A DNA stretch of 64,000 nucleotides from Azolla caroliniana. Taxonomy: Eukaryota > Plantae > Polypodiophyta. Both the position numbers and the translations under genes were made by a program. Location of the stretch: positions 27,590,001 to 27,654,000 of the forward strand of contig JBHGNT010000001.1 in NCBI GenBank assembly GCA_043228905.1, given 5' to 3'. This document shows, piece after piece, positions 13,101 through 25,800 of this stretch. Below the pieces are notes generated by a model, which ran no database searches, was not told the DNA's origin, and saw only the letters and a program-made list of their open reading frames with translations. The stretch's first letter is position 1; each line of letters begins with the position of its first letter.

Positions 13101-14880
13101 TATCATTTTCTAAAAAATTATTGTTCATTTAAAGGTTTTGACAAGTGCTTAACAACCGGTTCTATAGAAGTTGGAATTGTTATGGCAAAGGACAATGTTA
13201 TGGCAAGGTTTTATGAAAGATGAGTTAACAAAGAAACTTTGAGATCCACACTCCAACATGAGTTAGGATTGTCTATATGGACAAGAGCACATCCACTCTA
13301 CTCTGACAGGGTGGCCATGTTTGGGCTTAGTTTTCGCACTTGCAACAATTTCTAATTTGTTTCAAAAAGAAAACGCACAATCTTATGCATGGAATGCTCA
13401 TTTAGTGCAACACTTACAAGAAGGCAATATACCCTACCATTTCAACACATATTAATGTTTTGGAGACATGCTACGATTACCGCACAAAGACCTCCTCCAC
13501 ATCCTACAAACAAACACATGCACAAGAGAAGAACATGCTTTTAAGAGAGAACAACACTATAGACGATGTTGTGGTGAGGGAAATAATACTCATCATTGTA
13601 GGACTCCAATTTAATGATGATTTTGTATTAAATATTGTTGCCTTGGGCATTTTGGTAATCAAAATCGGTTTAGATTGGTCAACATTGGCATATATTGGCA
13701 TTTTGGAAAGTAAGTTTGGTTTGCAAGGTATCTTGGTAAATAGCTTTCTTATTTTGTTTGTATGTTTGGGTGAGTGGCCCTTAATTTCAAAACATTTGAA
13801 AGTCTTTTGGTAAATATGATAGAGATATTTTCATAGTTTTCCCAATATAATATTTGAACCATTCTATCTCAGAAAAGAAAGGATATAAAATAAGTAAAGA
13901 TAAAACCCAAATGGGTGGATGATCAATGTGATTTGTTTCTAATAAAACATAGTCTTGACTCTTGAGTTCAACTGAATTTTGTCAAATATGGCACTTTGTG
14001 GTTAAACAATAGTTCGTTTTTTAAGTTAAAATGATTCTTGTTGAGGAACATGCTTCTATGATGCGTGTAATTTATCACGATTTTTTGACAAGAGACCATA
14101 ACCTTAGTTTTGATAAGACAAAAAGTGAGCATGGTTCGAGTTCATTACATAATTTCAATTTAACATTCAAAATAGCTGCATTTTATAATAAATTTATCAT
14201 GACTTTTGAGAAGAATACAAGAACAATAATTTATTACCAGATACTACCAAAAACGACCATGGGCAAAGCTTACAATATTAACACAACATTATACAATAAC
14301 CATTTTTTACCATGAATGATACATATATGAAACACAAAATGGCTAGTTTTATTTCTATCATTCTTTTTAAATATTCGAAATATGTCATCAAGAGGACAAA
14401 GCAATTGTGTAGTATTTTGACTAACATATTCGACTTTATATGGCTATATTCCCCAATCCACTAGCAAGACTTACATTGTTGGAAAATCTTTCTAGAAGAT
14501 TAGGACATTATATTTTGATTTATGCGTCACTTGGGTTTAGGAATACTATTATAGTAAGGATATAAAATTAGTCTCTTTGGGGAAATGTGTTGACTTCCTT
14601 TAAGAGTAAGAAACTTGTTTCACATTACCTTTTGATATCCGACATTTTTGGTCAATAAGGTCGTTTCTTGAATGCTGAAGAACCACACATGTCACTCTAA
14701 GGAACCTATGAACTCCAATGTGAACAATTGGTCCATCAAAGAAAATAAGTCAAATAATGTTTTTGGTGCCACCACATTGTCGCCCTTCTTATAGACGTGA
14801 ACATTGCTGAACATATTTTATAGGAGTTGAAACAAACATTGTAAAATTTGGTAGAGTTCATCAAACCTTACATAAATAAA

Positions 14881-15195
14881 GGGAAAAGTACCAGGATAAC
14901 CCTGGAAGTTCGTTTATTTACCAAAATGCCCTTGGAAGTTCCAAATTTACCAAACTACCCCTATGTCCAAAAAATTACACGTTATAAAGTAATTATACAC
15001 TCAAAATTGGTAAATAGGGCTAGTTCAGGTCCATTTCTTCCATCTTTGGTAAATAGGGCTTGTAGATTTGAGTGTATAATTACTTTATAAAGTGTAATTT
15101 TTTGGACATAGGGGTAGTTTGGTAAATTTGGAACTTCTAGGGGCATTCTGGTACATAGACAAACTTCCAGGGGTATCCTGGTTGGTACTTTTACC
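14881..15195. mobile_element. Mutator-like (MULE) foldback MITE, 315 bp
   Basis: TIRs of about 125 bp (GGGAAAAGTACC... / ...GGTACTTTTACC), flanked by a perfect 9-bp TSD ATAAATAAA at 14872-14880 and 15196-15204. Confidence 0.92.
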
Positions 15196-16669
15196 ATAAA
15201 TAAATCCTCTTTGAGTGGAGAAACATAAATTCTACCAATATCTATTTGTTTTAACTAGTGAATCGTGATGATATATGTAATGCCCTCTTTGTATCTTTAG
15301 AGGATATTTCTGTTTGGTTATGTAAGATGAACAATGTTGACATGCTACCATTTTTTATCATCACCTTGTGTTATCATGATTGCAAAGGTTCGAGCCAATG
15401 ATGATGCCTGGCCAAGGGAAAGACTAAACCTAGAGCAAAATTCATGGAATAGTACACATATCCAACATATGTATTAGGAACATTTTGACTTATATTTGAT
15501 CCATGATATGAGGAGTTATATAAATTTTATTTATTCCGTGTCAATTAGTGCACTTATTTTATTCCTCGTTAATTTTCAACCTACTTGAACATGACATTGT
15601 TTGCATTATCTTTCTTCAATGCCTTTGCTATGCTTTCCCATCAATCTTCTTCAAGGAGACCCAGTGTTATCCATCAACTCGTCATATGCCAAAGATGATT
15701 CAACCCATTATCAATTAGTTTAGGGTGACCAAGAAATGTACTCATCTCTTCGATAAGTAAAATAACCTTGAGGTTCATGAGGTTATTATGACTTCCTTAG
15801 GTGATAGGCCAATGTGTCTAAAGATGACTAGGTGGTCACTTGGACAACTTCCCAATCTAGTAATTTATATAATCTAGTTGTGCCTATTTCATTGTAGGTT
15901 GTTTGTGTTGGACTTGGACAATGAGGTTAGCATACACTTGACCGTTGTTAATCTCCTCACTGGGTTTAGGGTTAGGTACCAAGTGGGTTGTTAGCGTAAT
16001 TTCACTCTTTCTTTATAATGCCCCTTACTCAATTCATCACCTTACAATATTGCATTTGGTATATTTTGGGACAAAAACTTTACTACTAAATGATTCTGGC
16101 CAATGTAAGAGATGTCAACTCCAAACATGTGGAGTGCTTTTTTATCTTTGAGCTTCAACATGGGAGACATATTCACCAAATGAAAGGCAATATAAGCATG
16201 GTAGTTCTTTTCTTCGAAGATTTGGAGGAGAGGTTAGAGCGTAAGAGGAGGTAGGTATTCGTAGGCATAGAGAGTACAATATTTGCCATTTGCAATGGGT
16301 CGTTATTCCACTCGACGACGACGACAACGACGATATAGGTTGATTATGGGGGTATTGAGGGGATGCAATGGGGACCTTGATGGATGTTTGGGGGCGGTTG
16401 GTCCATGTGATTTGCATCGTGACCCCATATGTGGGTTTGGTATTTTGGTGTGGCTGTGGGGGATTCCGTCAAGCATTAAGGTGGTCTCACTTATACATAT
16501 GTATGTGAGTAAGTAAGTATGTACATTCATGACATTCAATTAAGGCATTCCTTATTGGCATATTCAGCCTCCGAAATGGTTGTTTCCCCCGCGGATCACA
16601 TAGAGGTTTAAAATCTTGTAAAATGATGTATACTAATGACAGGATATCTTCTTTAAAAAAGAAGAAGTA

Positions 16670-16922
16670 AGTATGTATGTACGTGTTGTCTATCTGAATG
16701 TATGTGCGTACGTAGGTATATGTATGTATGTATGTAAGTATGTATGTAAGTATGTATGTATGCACGTATGTATGTATGTGTGTATGTGTGTATGTATGTG
16801 TGTATGTACGTACGTATGTGTGTATGTATGTATGTATGTATGTATGTATTATTTGAGTCCAAAGAGGAGAGCCGCCGGCGATTGGGTTTGTGTTTTCAAG
16901 GAGTTGACTGATTCAAAAAGGG

Positions 16923-16964
<42 letters not shown>

Positions 16965-17078
16965 CTGAAGAAGAAGACGAAGAAGAAGAAGAAGAAGAAG
17001 AGGTGGGTGGGTGGGGTTGGTGCTGTGCTGTGCTGGTAATAATATGGCTATGGCTATGGCTATGGCTATGGCTATGGC
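16670..17078. repeat. Microsatellite cluster upstream of the PDZ-like gene: (TATG)n, (CT)n, (GAA)n, (TGGCTA)n
   Basis: Direct reading. This is the source of the spurious ORF 16673-17317. Confidence 0.9.
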
Positions 17079-17283
17079 AGGCAGTAAAAGGTCAATCGCA
17101 GATTACTACTAACCCCCTCCCCCATATCTTCCTCATTCTCCTCATCTGCTCTTCTTTCCACAAGCAACAACCGGATCTGTCTACTCTCATCTCGAATCCA
17201 ACCCCAAAAAGCAAGCAACAGTCTTTCCAATTCCACCCACAGACTGCCTCTTGGAAGACCTCTGCAATACCTTCTCTGTGCAC

Positions 17284-20200
17284 ATGTCATCGGTGGGAAG
17301 CTCTTCTTCTTCCCTGAGTGCCAGAAGCAGCCCTCACACATTGAGCGGCCGTGGCGGCGCGCAAACCACTCCTAGTAGGCATGTCGTGACAATCAAGCTG
17401 TCCAACTCCACTGCGAAGAACGAACAAGATTTCGGCGGCATCGCAACTAGCCAAATGAAGCTCCTTCCTGGAGACATAGTAGTTGGGATCATTTGCTCTG
17501 ATGGTCTTGAGCTCAATTCTCCTTTTGCCGGTGGTAAATCTGGTCTCCAAAGAGAACTACGCCGGCTCTATAACTCGCGACAAACCCTCCTCACCCTCAA
17601 TGTCAGGAGAAATAAAGGGAAAATTATGAGTGTTAACGCGACCATTGTGCCAGATGAATCGAGTCGCCTCAAGAAACTCTATGTCCTGAAATCCCCACAA
17701 GACTCTTCTCATATTGTTGCTTTCGCTGACTCTACTGAGAACGAGTGTCTCGCTTTGCAAGGTCAGAATGTTTTTCGTTTTTCCTAATGTGGCTATAAAG
17801 AAACGTAGCAGAAATTCTCTTTATGGCTTTATGTTAATTTACATTTCAAAGAAGAAATGGACAATCTGCAATCATACTGGATGAATGTCGTTGGGTCCTT
17901 CTATCTTCTAATCTCTTGAACAAGAATCGGGGCTTTCATAATAAATTATGATGTGTACACACATAACCTTCATTAGGAGTCAAAAAATAAGGCTAGATAA
18001 ATATGTTAACGGCTTTCAATAGGTGGGGATGGCCAACAAGACCAAACAAGAGATTACGTCCTAAAATGTTGTTTTCTCTTTGACAACAACAAACAAAAAC
18101 TAAGTTAAAAAACCAAAATAAAAATCAAAGTGACTAAAGCATCCCATTATCTATACATGTAAGATTCTCAAGTCAGATAGAGATTGGTCCATAAGCATTT
18201 GGATGACATTAAGAATATATTCTAATTAAGGGTATGTTTCTTCACACTTAACAGTATTGCCTCATAACATAGTATATGAGGATACCAGAAAGCATAGCAA
18301 AATTCACATCTCAGTGGATAGACTATCAACTGAATGTATTTTGTTGTGCTTTTTCAATATCCTAGAATCTTATGTTATGAGGAGGGAGAATGAGGTATAG
18401 ATTTTCTATCCACAACAGTGGATGAATCAGTATATCTAGGAATTAACGACAAATCAGCCCACTGTTGCATCTGAATTGGCCACTTTTGATGTTCTGTGCC
18501 AAAAGGAGTGTGAAATTTGTGCAAAACTTCCTTCATTTCCTCCTTGGGACCCTGGGAAACGCGATTTATGATTTCCTGAAGTCCAATCTCTTCTGGAGTT
18601 TGCCGAGAGGAAAATGGCTATTCAGTTTAGCTGGGTAAAATTTGGTTGCCTGGCCAGTGCTGGATCCTGCTTATCTGACCTACAAAGTAAAGAAAGTTGC
18701 CTGAAACTCATTCATTTATTTTTGATGCACAAGATAAAATCTCCATTGTGAAAATCACTTCTTAATCCAATGTTAAGAAAATAAAAGTACTTACTGTATT
18801 CTTGGGCTGGGAAACCAACAAGCTAAGCTTTCCAGTGGTGTTAATATCAATTCACTTCTTTTTACTTCTTTGAAACAGAAAAGAGATGTGCATGGATGGT
18901 TTCTCATCTCTCGAAGACGCACCTCTCAGACATAAGCCTGGCATACAAATGGGAAGAGAAGTTAAAGCAGGTGCAACCTAGTATGGTTTTTTCGATATTG
19001 GTCATTCCACATGCTACTGCAAGTAATGGACTACAATATAGCAACATGGAGGATACAATAGCTCGAGCCATGACCTGGCTCTCTGCTTCACAACAAGCGG
19101 GGGTTCCAATCAGTTTCCTTAGCATACAGACCGAGCCGCTCCTCACAAAGGTAAGTGACAAAGGTAGATAGACTTTATTATTGGCTTGGAGGTTAAATAT
19201 GACCTCTGTGACCATAGTAAACACTTCAGGAGCATCTTAGAATAGTTGGACCTTGTTCACACATGCAAAAGTGGTTGCAATTGAGTTATTTAAGCAAAAA
19301 GAATGCTCAACTTTTATCTTGAACAAAAAGAATGTAAACTCTTAATAGGACAAAATGGATAACGTTTCCCCAGATAGTTTCTAAGTTGCTAGATGGGTGC
19401 CAAATCCCTGATAATGAATTAAAATGTCAAATTTAATTCAAAGTAATGATGTATCTAATGTTTGGCATGATATGCAGCATCTTAGTAGCATAGTTTGGTT
19501 TGTGTTTACCAAAATGTCAAAGCTATGTGATTTGTCCCTGGTTAGACAGGATGTGCATACTTGTCTCTTTTTAAACTACAAGTAGACTGATTGAAAAAAT
19601 GTATGAAACGAAAAACAGGTTTCAGGGCAAGAAGCGTCAAGTAGGACTGTGAGCTCAAGCTCCGTAGGTGACCTTTCTAATATTGCAAACACTGGAATCT
19701 ATGGATTTGAAGATTATCATGGCATCGACATTGGTGTCGTGAGGGCCGTGCGTGTGTGGTATGTGCCCAACTTTTCCGAGGTCTCTGTGCGGCTCAAGGT
19801 CGAAGATGAAGAAACACGGATCGGAGTGGGTATCAGCCAAAATGAAGAGGTAAAATAATTTCCAACCTTATGAATAATTGTTGGAAGAAGAAAACCATTA
19901 CAAAAAGTTAAAATGGGAAATAATGTTGAGCCTGAGTAATGAAAAGTCATAAATAAAAATTTGAAATGGAATAATGCAGGGTTTTTGCTTTATATCGAGT
20001 GTGGATGCAGGATCGGCTGCTGATAGGGCGGGTCTTCATGATCTTCTGGTAGCTGCCCGTAAGTCCAATAAGATACTAGTGGTGACGAGAGTAGCAGATG
20101 AGAAGGTGACTCCATGGCTAGTGTCTTCTAATGGTACCATTCGCTGCTTTGATACAACATCAATAAGTCGGAAATTGTCGACGCATTGGCATGTGGGCCA

Positions 20201-20351
20201 ACCCATCCGGCTCCATCTCATGGCATTGGAGTCCACCTCACAGAACATGGCATCATTGGATGATTCTGGGTCCATTGGACACTTCTCATATGGATCTGAG
20301 AGTGGTTGTAGTACTACTGTCTTCGATGCGATAAAAAACACTTCCCTGTAA
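17284..20351 (+). CDS. Uncharacterised plant protein with PDZ-like segments, about 450 aa
   Basis: Exons 17284-17761, 18879-19150, 19619-19849, 19980-20351 (1353 nt, GT-AG, phases consistent). Conserved-looking blocks: GDIVVGI, WLSASQQAGVPISFLSIQTEPLLTK, YGFEDYHGIDIGVVRAVRVWY, RIGVGISQNEEGFCFISSVDAGSAADRAGL. Confidence 0.85.
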
Positions 20352-20405
20352 AACCATGAAAATAGAGCTTACTCCTGACATAATCCTTGAAGAAGCAAAA
20401 TCCTC

Positions 20406-20875
20406 CCTAGACCTCCAGATGGAGAAACTATCCTATCCACAAATATGAATGGCCCACTTTCAAAGGCGTTTCTACCTGTATAATAGCTCTTCTACTTATT
20501 TTATGTTTTCTCAAAAATCTTAACTCAAGATATTAATTTTCTTGCATGATTGTAATACATTGCAAGATCGCTCTAAGTGTGAAGTTGCAACACAAACCTT
20601 TAGTTCTGGGTTGTACACTGAATGGAAGGGACATTGAAAGACACAACATATAGCCTAGACCTCCACATGAAGAAACTATATTATCCACAAATATGAGTGG
20701 CTACTTATGAAGGCATTTCTAGCTGTACAATAACTCTTCTACATTTTTAAAATTTTTTTTTAACTCAAGAATTTTCTTGTGTGATTTTAATACATTGCAA
20801 GACAGCTGTAAGTGTGATGTTGCAATACAAACTTTTGTTCTGGATTACAGAGTGAATGGAAGGGAAATTGAAAAT
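20406..20875. repeat. Diverged tandem duplication (period about 248 bp) just 3' of the PDZ-like gene stop
   Basis: CCTAGACCTCCA...TATCCACAAATATGA...GAATGGAAGGGA.ATTGAAA occurs starting at 20406 and again at 20654. Confidence 0.85.
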
Positions 20876-21899
20876 TGCTTCTGGGAATTCCAGCCAAGAT
20901 TTATGGGTACATGTACTTGTTGCACGATGAAGTCATACAACTTAAGACGTGAAAGTGACTTGTTTTGCCATTTTTTATGTCATTATGTGATAATATAAAT
21001 GTCAATAACATGATTTTTTGGTAGATCGCCTTCAAAGTGAAAGTATATGTTTCTGCCTCAAAATGCATTGGCCATATTCAATCATAAGTTTTCTTGCCTG
21101 TTGGTTCGACAACATAGTATATGAGAATATGTTTCAGTGCACTCATGAATGCATACCTACACTTTCATGTGTTTTAATTTATTTGAGATATGTACTATGT
21201 TATCATTATGATTCATTGCCTAAAACTTGTCAGAACATGTATTGTCCATTCTCAACTACTGTAGGATATTTGAGATCTTATGCGGAAAACTGAACATTCA
21301 ATCTTGAAACGATTATGTGGCCTGATGAAAACAAATGCATTGTATGCAAGATTCACATTGATCATAGAATTGAATTCCTGGGGTTTGATTGGCTTTACAA
21401 CTGTTTTTGTGATGTTCTGTGACACATCATGACACTGTTCCATCCATGAATGGTGATGCTATTTTGATGACTGAAATTGTTTCCCCGTTGGCTACACTGC
21501 CTTACCATGCCCATGAATATGCAGTAGCTTCAGCACCCCTAATGAGATTGCTGTGCTACCTTATTGTTGTTCTTGTTGAATTCTCTGTGGCTTCTTCTTG
21601 TTGGTTTGACATTACATGTCTCATTGCTCTATCTAATAAGATCTTCCTATCTTATGGTTTGTTTCATTCCAATAATCTTATAACCCAATAAAGCAAAAAC
21701 ACAATTTATCATTAAGGATTTTCAACGTAGATCTTCAAAGTGTTATCCTATCTATAACAATAATTTAGAATCCCAATCATATCTTAGTCAATTCAAGAAA
21801 TCACCATTCATTGGGATGTAGTATGTTTTTTATAACATTTTCCAAAAATACCACATCAATTGCATACTATGATACACATACAAAGCATGACAGAAGCAT

Positions 21900-22830
21900 T
21901 GATAGTAGAGGCAAAGCATCCAATGATTGGTTTGTATAATGGCTAAGATGCAGAGGGTAATTGAACTTTAAACCAAGAATGAAAAGGTAGGTAGTTAGCT
22001 TGAGTGTTAAGTCTTTAAGCTAAGGATAGAATAATGATCATGGAAGATGGTATATGGTGGGGACAATGGTGTGGATAAATTGTGGGCACAAGTGAACTGT
22101 TGAGAAAGAATTTTCAATTAGGAGATCAAATGTACATATCTGGTTAATGGGTAATGGAAGAGAAGGTGCCACTGAAAGTGGAAGAGATCAAGATGTTGTT
22201 GACATGAGAAGATGGTACATATAAATGGGAAACAATGGATTGATAGATGGATCGAATGAATCAAGATAGTTCCTAATTAGCCTTCCTCTTGATGGTTATT
22301 TAAATGCAACATGATAGAGATATACCACAAGCTCCAAATTCTTGGTCCTTACATGGTTGGTTAGCCCCAATGGTGAGCGTAAATGTGATATGTGGAATCC
22401 AAGAATATTGTCGGATGATTTACACTACAACATGGAACAAGGTGACAAATGTGGCTAATAGATGTAAGCGGGTGACTTAGTGAGGATACAAAATGGACTG
22501 ACTAGTCACTAACAACAAGATGGATGTTAGCATCAAATTTGGATGTGTGAAAATACTATAGGATGGCTTGAGATGCAAACATTCTTAGGTTAACCAATTG
22601 AGTGAGGAGATAATTAGAGCCAAGCTTGGAAGGTGCAACATGAATACAAATATGGGAAATCATAGTCTAAGGTACAAGTGGATAGGAGGATGTGGGAAAA
22701 TCACGATCCGGAACAATAGACAATTTATCGATGGGTGTGTGAATACTACACATCCATATCGATTGTTTAGGGTCATAGGATGGATAAATTTGGAAAGAGT
22801 CGTAACTATTATTAAGGTGATAAATTGTCG
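21900..22830 (+). mobile_element. Decayed Ty3/Gypsy pol-like remnant
   Basis: Purine-rich, coding-like tract with faint motifs WLAPMV (cf. WASPIV) and DVSIKFGCV (cf. RNase H DAS..GIG.V). Many stops. Confidence 0.3.
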
Positions 22831-22881
22831 TTAGGCTACATAGACTTGATGTGATATTTTTAAATGTGGTGGGCAATGTAG

Positions 22882-25800
22882 CTAGGTGAAAGGGGCACAT
22901 CGTAGGGGGATGCCAGTGGAGTGGTCGACTTGGACAATTTGGTCGAGGGGGCAAGGGAGGACGTCTTGGGCAAGGCGTGCACCCGATTCTTTAAGTGCCT
23001 TGAGCGAAGCCCTTTGGTTAAAGAGGTCTATAACGGGGAGGCGAGAGGCGGGTGGTAGCTTGCCTTGGGGCAACAACTCCCAAAAGTCCTTCATTAGCAA
23101 AGGCACCTCGAAATCCTCCTTGTTGTGTTGCACCACATTGCCTGTCGCACTAATGTGTGCCCCCGGCTCCATATGATTGGTAGAAAAACTCTCTTGGTTG
23201 GGGAAGTTTGGATAGAGTGCCACATACCCCCTCAAGTACATCATATCGATCAAGAACTTCTTCCATGACGCTTGCCAACCATTTGTCCTGGACTTTGGTA
23301 TTTGAACGGAGTTTGACTTTGCATCTTCGGTGAATCTTGACCCCATGTATACATAGAACTCTCTCCAATGCTTCGGGAAGAAGAGAGCCCCCCAACTACA
23401 AGGTAATTGGTGTAGATACGGTGTGTTCGGATGTATTGCCTTGAAGAAATCAGTTGCATTCCATTTGGGCCTCTCCTTCACCACCTCGACTAACCTTGGT
23501 GAGTACAATGCAATTGCGCTTAGCTCCGGCAACGATACTTGAGGGTTGTACTTGTAGTTCATCAAGCTCCCCTTCAACCACATGTAGTAGAAGGGTGATA
23601 CCTCAATATCATCTTCGAGTAGTAGTCCATAGTCATGGTCGTCCCTTGGGTACCAACTCTCACTTACTGCCCTTATCAACCCCCCTTGTATAATCCTCCT
23701 CCTAAGAGACTTTTGCCCATGTGGCCACTCGAACGCTTCAACTATGTGCAATGTCTCCTCATCTACCTTGCTATCCATGTTAAACGAGATTGGAACTTCA
23801 TCTCCTAGATAGTAAGCATCGGTAAGGGCCTTCAGTAATCGTTTCAATGAGTATGCCCTATTTTGAGTGATCACATTTATCGATATCCTCATTGTCCTCC
23901 AACCTGTCACATTCCACCAAGGATCCCCTTTAGCTCAAAAGATTATGTATGTATTCCATATATCTAAAAATGTCAATACTACTAGAGTAGCATAATTACT
24001 ATGTATTTGACTTGTATATTTTAAGTGTCTATCTTCAAAATTGGTGTCTTAAACAATATTATGTTAGGGTTGAAATTTACACCTTGTATGCAACATGTTT
24101 GGTTAATGTTTTGTTCTTCCTTTTGTAACTATGAGCATCAAACTTATTTTAGAAAATGATTGATACATATTGGTGCCATGTTTCCATGTTTGGGCATATT
24201 TAATTACATGTATTAGGTGTTGCCATACTGTACTAGTATTTAAGTTTAACAGAAAATCAAACATCAAGCATTGGACTTCGGAAAAGTATTCTTTGTGTGA
24301 GCTCTAAATCATATGGGTCTTTTCCATTAATTTATGATGGTTTCGTGTATTCAACTAGGTATAGAATAAACTTAAAATTGACGTGTTTAAATGAATGATG
24401 CATAGACTTTGTGAATTTTCAATTACTTTATGCTTTTGTTTAGCCACCAATTTAGATTTATGCTTATGTGGGTTTGTTATCGAGACGCTCCCTTATGAAA
24501 AGCATTCACAAAAATCAACACGGTGGAACCTTTTAGGTGAGCTACTATTGTGTATACAATGAATTAGAAAATGTCAATGGGTAATAAGAACAATGACCAT
24601 TCCTATGAACAAATAACAAGACCCAATAAAAAAATCAAAGCAAATGCTTCAATGCTTAATAGTTTATAATAAGATCTCTATCGACTACATATCCTTGTAA
24701 AAACACATGTTTCCTACAACATAGAAATGCATCTAAAAGATTGTGGATAAGAACACAATTTTGTTTAAGATATAATGATCTTTTCACTTAGTATGGTAGG
24801 GGGATTTGAAATTTAACAAAAAATAAAAAAAGAAGAGGCAATCTTTGGCAAGGCTTTGTTGGTTCTTGAAATCGGGGCCCTAGATGGGAACACTCAAAAA
24901 GAGTCTGAGAAGGTCAAATTAAAATCTAAAAATGTCCTTTCAGTTGTAAGGGGACTAACTATCAAGAAAGAGGTGGTGATGTTTATGACCTTTTTTTGTC
25001 CGTGGAAATAGAACTATCATAGTAGTTTAACTAAATGTGGTAAAAGAATTGTATCTAACTAGGTTTTTCATTTGGAGGTGAAAATATCATATTGTTAGAC
25101 GTAAAATCACGAGAAGGTAAAGTTATAATTATGGATTGTTTTTTAATATCATATCGACCATCAAACACATGGAATATTGAAAAAATCAGCTCCTTGTTAC
25201 CTCACAAACTCGTGAGTTGGTATGTACTATACCACGATATAAATTTGGACGCCATTAACATGTTCAATTCTTATGACCATGCATGTGTAAACTTCCTTCT
25301 AAAATGCCTAGTGCAATCCCATATTGTTTGATTCTTCAAAATGACTTTATCATACATTAGTAACATGATTTAGACCCCATCTCACCTATGTTGCCAATCA
25401 AATTTTATTACCTTTTGCCCCACTAGTATGTGCCTTAACGTAGGGCCCATATCTATTAAATTTGTAATGGTAGCAAAAGGTGCCTTGTAAGAAAAGGTAA
25501 ATGAGTTGACCGTGGTGATTTTTTGGGCACTAATGTGAATTCATTTTGTAAAGAGGAGTTAATTAGAGACCATACTTATTAAATCTACAATAGCAGCAAA
25601 AAGGTACCTTTCAAGGAAATGCAAAAGAATGATCACAAAGTGTGAGAACTCCTTGAAGTGATGTAAATAAGAGTAAGTAGGAAAGTAAAAAAGTAAGAGT
25701 AATGAATATGCAAGGTGAGTTGGTAAGGTTGTTTGGCGGACATAAGTAGGTCATGCGCTCAACTCCAACCTTCTGTGGTAACGTAAATGGCCTAATAAAT

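Noticed and set aside
11400-13400. Possible decayed retrotransposon coding region
   Set aside because: The texture is coding-like, but no motif could be identified reliably.
13460-13813. 117-aa hydrophobic ORF
   Set aside because: TTG start, no recognisable motif, and no splice or promoter context.
14848-15197. Two near-identical ORFs on opposite strands
   Set aside because: Mirror artefact of the palindromic MITE.
16673-17317. 214-aa ORF (MYVRVVYL...WLWLWL)
   Set aside because: It is a translation of (TATG), (CT), (GAA) and (TGGCTA) microsatellites in a promoter or 5' UTR.
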